A stretch of DNA of 52,833 bases from an uncultured Verrucomicrobiae bacterium (lineage in GTDB: Bacteria; Verrucomicrobiota; Verrucomicrobiia; Limisphaerales; JAFGQR01), in contig CAWBHS010000025.1 in assembly GCA_963788655.1 (NCBI GenBank), positions 1 through 52,833 on the forward strand, in the 5' to 3' direction. Both the position numbers and the translations under genes were made by a program. Below, piece by piece: positions 45,569 through 52,833 of this stretch; the stretch's first letter is position 1; every line of letters starts with the position of its first letter. The notes under the pieces are model-generated. The model saw nothing but the letters and a program-made list of their open reading frames with translations, was not told the DNA's origin and ran no database searches.

Positions 45569-48431
45569 TGGTTGATTGCCTCCGGTGGAAGTTCGATTCC
45601 TTTGGCGGTCAGAACCGCAGCCGCCCAGTGACGCCCGTTGCGTTCGGATAAGTATTTGCCGACGATTGCGCTTGGCGCAGTCCCGATTGGAGGGCCGGCT
45701 ATTTTTCTGTTCCAGCCGGCGAGAAATGCCGCCTTGGCTTCGTCCTTCCGGCCCAATTCCGCGAGTGCGACCGCGCGAGTGTATTGATGTCGCTCTTCGC
45801 TCAGAACCTGCCGATGGACCAACGCCGCGATGCCGCGGAGATCTTTCGTCTCCTCGAATTTTTTGATGATATCGAGGGCCTCCTGAAATTTGCCGGCGTA
45901 GATGGCGCGACGAGCGTCACCCATCAACGCGAGGACGCTCCACCAGCCATACGAAGCGTTTTCCAATCGCTGGCGAATGGCATCCGTCACCTCGTCGAGT
46001 TCCTGGGATTGGGGCCGGAGCGTCAGGATCTCGAAGAGTCACAAGGCGCTCTGGTTGTCCGCGGTGCTGAGGTATTCGTAGCCCTTTTGAACGAACCGGA
46101 AGTAGGTTTTGGAGTCGCCGCTCGCGGCTGCGGCCAGTGACCCCAATCTCCACATCTCACTGCTCGCGCCGTTCTCGAGTCCGCTCTCGATAAGCGAGTC
46201 CTCGGCGTCTTTCCAACGACCTTGCGCGAGTCGCACCTGCGACGTCAGGATTTGCAGTCTCGACCGGTCGGCTTCACTCCAGGCTCTCGCGGTGTCCTCA
46301 AGCTTTCCAATCAGTCGTTCCGCTTCATCGAAGCGTTCCGTTCCGCAAAGCGAATCTACGACGCGCCCGGCGAAGAGAAAAACCCGTTGAGGGTGGCTGT
46401 TCGAAGGGACGAGGTCCAGAGCCCTTTGCGCGGAAGGCAGCGCCTCGGCATATTTGCCCTGCAGCAGGAGCACGTTGGCAAGTCTGGCCGTTGGACTTTC
46501 CCTGGTGAGGTTGATGCTTCCCTCCAATGTCGGGTTCAGGGCGAACGCTTCCCGCGCCAACCGCTCCGCTTCACTCAAATTCCCCGCGATGATGTGGGCA
46601 TCGCTTTCCATGATGAGCGTTTCGACGATCAGGTCGGTGGGCTTGCGGTGTCGCACTCTCCATCTGACTCCGAAGACTTCGCAAGGCACGCGTGCCGCCG
46701 TCGAAGTCATCATTGATCGCGTGCATCCCGGCTGCCGAAATGCGGAAGATATGCCGTTCGGAAAACGACAGGTCCCCGTCCGTCAATTGAGGCAGCAATT
46801 CCTCCATGCGCCGGATCTGCTCGAGCGCTTGATCCAGTTCGAACAGCCCCCCGCTTTGGAACTGCCGGCCCAGCGCCCGGCGGACCGTGAATTCCGCGAT
46901 GGGGGATTCCTTGAGGTGGAGCGACAGCATTCGATCCGCCGAATCCGTCACCGCGCGGATGCCGGTGCGGTTTCCCTGCTCAAGCAGATCGGGAACGACG
47001 TCGTCCAACATTCCCTCGACAACCGCCGCGGTGGATTCGGCGCGGGCTTTCGCCAAGTCGGCGGTCTTCTGCATTTCAGCCCTGGCCCGCTCTGCATTGC
47101 GTGCACGGCTTTGCCCAATCAATCCAAGAACTGACGCAACCAGACCAATCAGCAGCGCAATCATGACCGCCGCTGTCGCCGCAAACCCGACCTTGTGCCG
47201 CCGAACCGTTTTTTGAAATTCGTAGAGCTTGCTGGGTGGACGGGCGACGACCGGTTCGCTGTTCAGATGCCGCTGGATGTCCGTGGCCAGCCCGTTGGCG
47301 GTCTCGTAGCGCCGCGTCCGGTCCTTCTCCAGGCACTTCATCACGATCCAGTCCAGATCGCCGCTCGAGCTGGTGCATCAGCTTCGACGTGTCGGCGGAG
47401 CGGCGCTTGGCTGTCGTGGTCAGTTCGTCGCCTCTGCAGCGTCGCGAGCTTGGTGCTGGGCCGCACCGGTTCCTTCTCCCGGATCGTCTTGCGCATCGCG
47501 TCAATGCCCGACGCCATCAGCTCCTTCGCATCGAACGGCGTCTTGCCGGTCAGCAATTCGTAGAGCAACACGCCCAGGCTGTAGATGTCGCTGCGCGTGT
47601 CAATGTCCAGCCCGCTCATCTCCGCCTGCTCCGGACTCATGTAGGCCGGCGTGCCGATGAACTGATGCAACTGCGTGAAAACCGTCTTGTCCGTCAGCCG
47701 GCCTTCCGTGGCCTTGGCAATGCCGAAGTCGATCACCTTGGGCACCGGCACGCCGTCGTGCAGCGTGACCAGGATGTTCGACGGCTTGATGTCGCGATGG
47801 ATGATGCCCTTCTGGTGCGCGTGCTGGATGGCCTGGCAGACCTGGATGAACAGGTCCAGCCGTTCCTTGGTGGTCGAGATTGTTCTGGTCGCAGTAGTCG
47901 GTGATCTTGATGCCCCGCACCAGTTCCATGACGAAGTAGGGCCGGCCCGTCTCCGTCGCGCCCGCATCGAGCACCTTGGCGATGTTCGGATGATCCATCA
48001 TCGCCAGCGCCTGCCGCTCGGCCTCGAACCGGGCGACGACCTGCTTGGTGTCCATGCCCAGCTTGATGACCTTGAGCGCCACGCGGCGGCGCACCGGTTC
48101 GGTCTGCTCGGCCACATAGACCACGCCGCAGCCGCCTTCGCCCACGCGCTCCAGCAATTTGTAGCGCCCAATCGTCTGGCCCACCGATTCATCTTGCGGT
48201 TCAATCCCACCGTCAACCGGCACCGTGGAAACGTCCGCCTCGGCCAACTCGGAGGCGGGCAGATCATGCGCGGCCAGCAAGGCATCAAGCCGTTGGCGCA
48301 GGGCGGCTTCGCCGTGGCAGGCCCCGTCAAGGAACACAGCCCGTTCCTCGCGCGGGTCGTTCCAGTGCCGCGGCGAAGAGCGCTTGTTCCCGTTGTTGTC
48401 GGCCGGTGATTTCCGGTGAATTTCCGTCCAT
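45565..48431 (-). CDS. Membrane Ser/Thr kinase with C-terminal TPR-like region, multiple frameshifts
   Basis: [52 protein letters not shown] helix and helical repeats, spread across several frames. Confidence 0.85.
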
Positions 48432-48470
48432 ATACCCTCTAATGCGGATTTCGTGAGCGAAAAGTATGGA

Positions 48471-49049
48471 TCAATCTTTGGGAAGTTTGTTTTCTCCGCG
48501 CAACTCCACCGACAGCCAGGCCCGCGCGTAGGCCCACCACTGCTTGGCGGTGGGCACGGCAATCCCCAACGCCCCCGCGGTTTCCTCGAAATTCATCCCG
48601 ACAAAATAACGAAGCTTGACCAGTTGGGCCTTGCGGGGATCGATCTCGGCGAATTTATCGAGGGCTTCATGGACCCGCAGCAAACCATCATCGTCGTTCG
48701 TTGGCGAAGGGATATCCAATTCGTTCAGATCGACCGGCTGGTCGCCTCCCCCGCGCTTGGCGGCCAGCCGGCGGCGGGCCCGATCGACCAGAATGCGCCG
48801 CATGGCTTCGGCGGCGGCGGCGAAAAAATGGCCGCGATTTTCCCAGCGGGTCGGGCCGTCAGCTCCGAGGCGCAACCAGGCTTCATGGACGAGGGCGGTG
48901 GGCTGCAGGGTGTGCCCGGCCGGTTCGTTCGCCATCCGCGAGGCCGCCAAAGCGCGCAACTCTCCGTAAACGAGCGGCAACAACGCATCCGCGGACTTCG
49001 AGGCCCCCGCGTCGATGGCCGCCAGCAACTGGGTCAATTCGCCGGGCAT
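48471..49049 (-). CDS. ECF sigma factor (PVC-type, TIGR02999-like)
   Basis: LLPLVYGELRALA, HTLQPTALVHEAWLRL, AMRRILVDRAR, VKLRYF, WAYARAWL. Confidence 0.93.
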   Translation of the reverse strand: MPGELTQLLAAIDAGASKSADALLPLVYGELRALAASRMANEPAGHTLQPTALVHEAWLRLGADGPTRWENRGHFFAAAAEAMRRILVDRARRRLAAKRGGGDQPVDLNELDIPSPTNDDDGLLRVHEALDKFAEIDPRKAQLVKLRYFVGMNFEETAGALGIAVPTAKQWWAYARAWLSVELRGENKLPKD

Positions 49050-49279
49050 GATGCTCGACGATAGATCGTCATCGCGGATTGTCGAGCCCGAACCGGTTCC
49101 AGCCCGACCCCGATAAACCTATTTTCAGCAAGTGAGAGAAGTGTCGCATCGTTCGCCATGCATTCGGTGGTTGGTTTAGGAAGGGGGAGGACCTTGGTCT
49201 TGAACAGCGCCTCAGCTTCACGCTGCCGGGACTCGGCTGGCTTGACAAATCTTCAACCCCGGGCTTCCGCGTTTCAGAC

Positions 49280-49535
49280 ATGCGCAACGAATTAGTAACG
49301 CCGCTGGGGGCCGCCCTCCAGGAATTGGCCGAGGCGCAAGCGGCGGCGCGCGATTTTAATCAATCCAAGCAACAGTTCCTCAATACCCAGGATGGTCTGC
49401 GACTTCAATACCAGGCACGGCTGAACGATCTCGGTAACGAGCAATCCGGCGAGATTCAACAACAGTTGTTCAATATCCAGGCGGAGCAGATCAATCTCAA
49501 CATCCGGGAACTCAAGGTGAAGCGCGTCCCATCGG
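49280..49535 (+). pseudogene. Orphan coiled-coil gene fragment
   Basis: Gln/Leu-rich coding-like stretch ELVTPLGAALQELAEAQ...NLNIRE that decays into non-coding-like sequence. Confidence 0.35.
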
Positions 49536-49891
49536 AAAACGAATCCAGTTTGCCGGATGAAATCGGCGGCTTCGAACGTTTGCCGGGAGCGTGTCGCTTC
49601 GAAATCCGTCGGTTGCTACGGACGTCTGAAGGTCGTAACGGAGTCGGTCAATGCGCCGGTGCTATCTTGGGTCGGCAGAATTCTTCCTTGCGGGCGCGCT
49701 GCGACCGGATTGCTTGGTTTCCTCGAGTGCGGTCTTGCGTTCCCGCACCATGTCTGAATGCACTCTTCCACGTTCCGGGAATCTTCATTCTTGACGCCGA
49801 GGACGGTGTGCGAGTTGTATGGTTGCTGACACCGGTGCCGGTAAGGCAGCCGATATTGCATTTTTAAACACCAGGACACTTTTCCAACGAT

Positions 49892-52833
49892 ATGAAAACG
49901 ATTGTCAAAGCGAGTTCCATCTTGCTGACCGCCTCCGTGTCCCTGCTGCTGGTCGGCGGCTGGGGTTGTTCGCGCAGCGCGAAGATGACGCGCCACCTCG
50001 AACAGGCCAATCAATATTACCAGGCGGAAGAATACAACAAGGCCGAACTCGAATATGTCAATGTGCTGCGATTGGCGAAGAAGGAGAACCCCGAGGTCGT
50101 CCGCCAATTGGGGCTCATTTACTTGGCGCAGGGCAAAATACCGCAGGCCTTCCGCTTCCTCGACAAGGCCAAGGAGTTGAATCCGGACGACGTGGCGACT
50201 CGCGTCGGACTGGCACGAACTTATCTCACCTATCGGCAGGTGACCAACGCGTTGGGTGAACTCGATTTTGTTTTGCAGAAGCAACCGACCAACGAAGTAG
50301 CCCTCGAGTTGCTACCGGACACGATCACCTCGACCAATGACGTGACGGAAACGTTCCAACGACTGGAAAAACTCCGGCCGCAAGCGGAGAAAACGGCGGG
50401 TTTCCATATTGCGTTGGGGAAGCTCTACTATCGCATCAAAGACACGAAGCAGCGGAAGCTTCCCTGCAACGCGCGCTGACGCTGGATCCGAAATCCAGTT
50501 CCGCGCATTGGACCATGGGGGGCCTCTATCTGATGCGGACCAATGTCGCTAAGGCCGAAGCAGAGTTCAAAAGGGCCGAAGAACTGACCCCCCTTCGGTC
50601 AAGTCAACGGTTGAATTATGCCAACTACAAAATCATTTCCGGTGACACGGAAGGCGGCAAGCGTTTGCTGGAAGAAATGGTTCAAAACATACCGGACTAT
50701 TTGCCCGCGTTGACCCGCTTGGCGAGCCTGGCGCTGGCGGAAACCAATTACCCCGAATGCCAAACCTTGGTGGACAAGGTGATCAAGCAGGATTCGATGA
50801 ACCTGGACGCCACCATGTTAAGCGCCCGCCTGAAACTGGTGCAAAACCAGCCGGACCAGGCGATCACCGAACTGGAAAAAGTGCGGGAGATGTATCCGCG
50901 TTTTCCGTCGGGATATTATCATTTGGGAGTCGCCCAACTCATGAATAAGGAAGTGGATAAAGCCATCCGCAGCTTGAATCAGGCGGTGACATTGAATCCA
51001 TATTACGCCGAAGCTGTGTATCTGTTGGCGGAGTTGCAAATCCGGACCCGCGATCTGGCTTCGGCGGTGACGGTGTTGGCCGCTTTTCTGGAGCATTACC
51101 CGCAGGCCAATCGCGCGCGCTTTCTGCTGGCGCAAGCCTACCAGGGGCTGGGTCGGGGAGAAGAATCTGTCGCGATTTGTCGCGATCTGATCGAAAAACC
51201 GATCAAAGACCCGCAGATTCCGCTCCTCGCGGGATTGGTGTCGCGCCAACAAACCAATTACACGGCTGCCCGTGGTTTTTTTGAAAAGGCCCTGGAGTTT
51301 TCGCCGGGCTATTTGCCCGCCATTGACCAACTCGTAACGCTGGATGTGCAGGACAAGCAATGGAACACCGCCTTGCAACGCGTCCAGATGCAACTCGCCA
51401 AACAACCGAAATCGGCCCAGCTTGAATACTTGCTGGCCAACGTGTACCTGGCAAAAGGTGACGCCGCCCAAGCGGAGGCGGCCCTTCTGCGAAGCGCTGA
51501 ACGGAATCCTCAGGCCAGCGGTCCTTACATGGCCTTGGCACGGTTGTACCTGCAAACTAAACAAACGCCCAAAGCACTGGCCAAACTTGATGAGAAGCTG
51601 ACCCTCAATCCCAAAGACCAAACCGCCCTGTTGCTCAAAGCGATGATTCACGAAAGCCTCGGGGAATATCCGCTGGCTCGGGATGCCTACGAGAAGCTAT
51701 TGGACATCAATCCCAAATCCAGCGTCGTGTTAAACAATCTGGCTTATCTTTATCTCCAGCATTTCAACGAGCTCGATAAAGCCTACGAATTGGCCCAGCG
51801 TGCTCGCCAGAGTAATCCCAATGATCCCGCCATTGCGGACACGCTGGGCTGGATTCTCTTCAAACGTGGCGAGTATGCCAATGCATTGCCGTTGTTGGGG
51901 GAGAGCGCCCAAAAACTGACTGATGAACCTGAAGTAATCTTCCACCTGGGGATGGCCAACTACATGTTGGGCAAAGAGAAAGCGGCTCAGACCGCCTTAC
52001 AGCAGGTCGTCAAATCCACAAAGGATTTTGTTGGCAAAGAGGAAGCCCAACGACGATTGGATCTCCTGGCGATTGACGCTGCTACGGCCGATGCGAAATC
52101 GACTGAGCTGCTGGAAAAGGCACTGAACGACAAGGCCGGTGATCCGGTGGCGGCCCTCCGTCTGGGCACCATTCATGAGCGGGCAGGCGCCTTCGACCAA
52201 GCCAAAGCGGTCTATGAACAGGCGCTCAAAACCAGCCCCCAGGCGGTGTCAATTCTTTTGAACTTGGCAGAACTCGAGGTGCAACATCTTCAAGCCCCGG
52301 AGCACGCCTTGGAATTGGCCAAGCGCGCCAGCAGCTTGGTTGAGGGAGATCCGCGGACCACTTGGCGGTTGGGCCGCATAGCCTTTGCCGCCAAAGACCA
52401 CCAGTGGGCGTTAAGCTTGCTTCAAAACTGCGCGCCGGCGCTCGAGGGGAATGGGGATGTTCTCTATGATTTGGCCTGGAGCTACTACAGCGTCGGGCGC
52501 GTGTCGGAAGCTACGCTCAACATGCAACGTGCCTTGCGGGCCAAACCGGCAGCCGCCAAAGCCGACGCTGCCAACCGTTTCTTGGTGATGGTCGAACTGG
52601 GCACTGACTCGGCCAAAGCCCAGCAATCCGCCGCGCTGGTGCAAGAAGTCCTGAAGCAGGAGCCAGATTACGTGCCTGCCTTGATGGCCTTGGTCCTGAT
52701 TTCTCAGCAGCAAGGCAATACCGCGGCTGCGAAACAGGCTTGTGAACACGTGCTAACGCTCTTCCCACTTTTTGCGCCGGCGGACAAACAACTGGCCATG
52801 CTATATCTGCGTCCGCCCGTTGACTTCGAAAAG
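49892..52833 (+). CDS. Large TPR-repeat lipoprotein (PrsT-like), frameshift near 50450, runs off window
   Basis: Signal ending GGWGC, TPRs. After 50452 frame 1 stays open to the window end and includes VLNNLAYL and IADTLGWILFKRG. Confidence 0.88.

Overview
GC-rich bacterial chromosome segment, probably Verrucomicrobiota (PVC group). This is inferred from an ECF sigma/Ser-Thr kinase pair, a prepilin H-X9-DG protein, PQQ propellers, DUF1080 and leaderless promoters. Housekeeping and glycan genes (alr-tsaB-tsaE-thiL, GH38, hisA, chrA, sugar porter, pectate lyase, GH50-like, SGNH) alternate with three accessory zones. (1) 1-4.6 kb: an IS66 carrying a DUF4338 gene between tnpB and tnpC, inserted in an OLD-type ATPase gene within a collapsed type I R-M locus. 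(2) 23.7-30.5 kb: a same-strand array of small cassettes (three nucleotidyltransferase + small-protein pairs, a vapBC remnant, a degenerate-ATPase/radical-SAM fusion), with a RAYT remnant, a 524-bp copy of the neighbouring gene, and a recurring ~30-bp GGGTC..TGACACT boundary motif. (3) 32.3-37.4 kb: a 1020-aa Cas4-like/DEDD-exonuclease/IS66-DDE fusion with in-frame palindromic insertions, followed by two spare copies of its 3' end. Many GTAG-type REP-like palindromes are present. Numerous single-base frameshifts, including one in thiL, suggest assembly indel errors. No rRNA, tRNA or CRISPR array was seen. All family calls come from motif recognition by eye, not from database searches.
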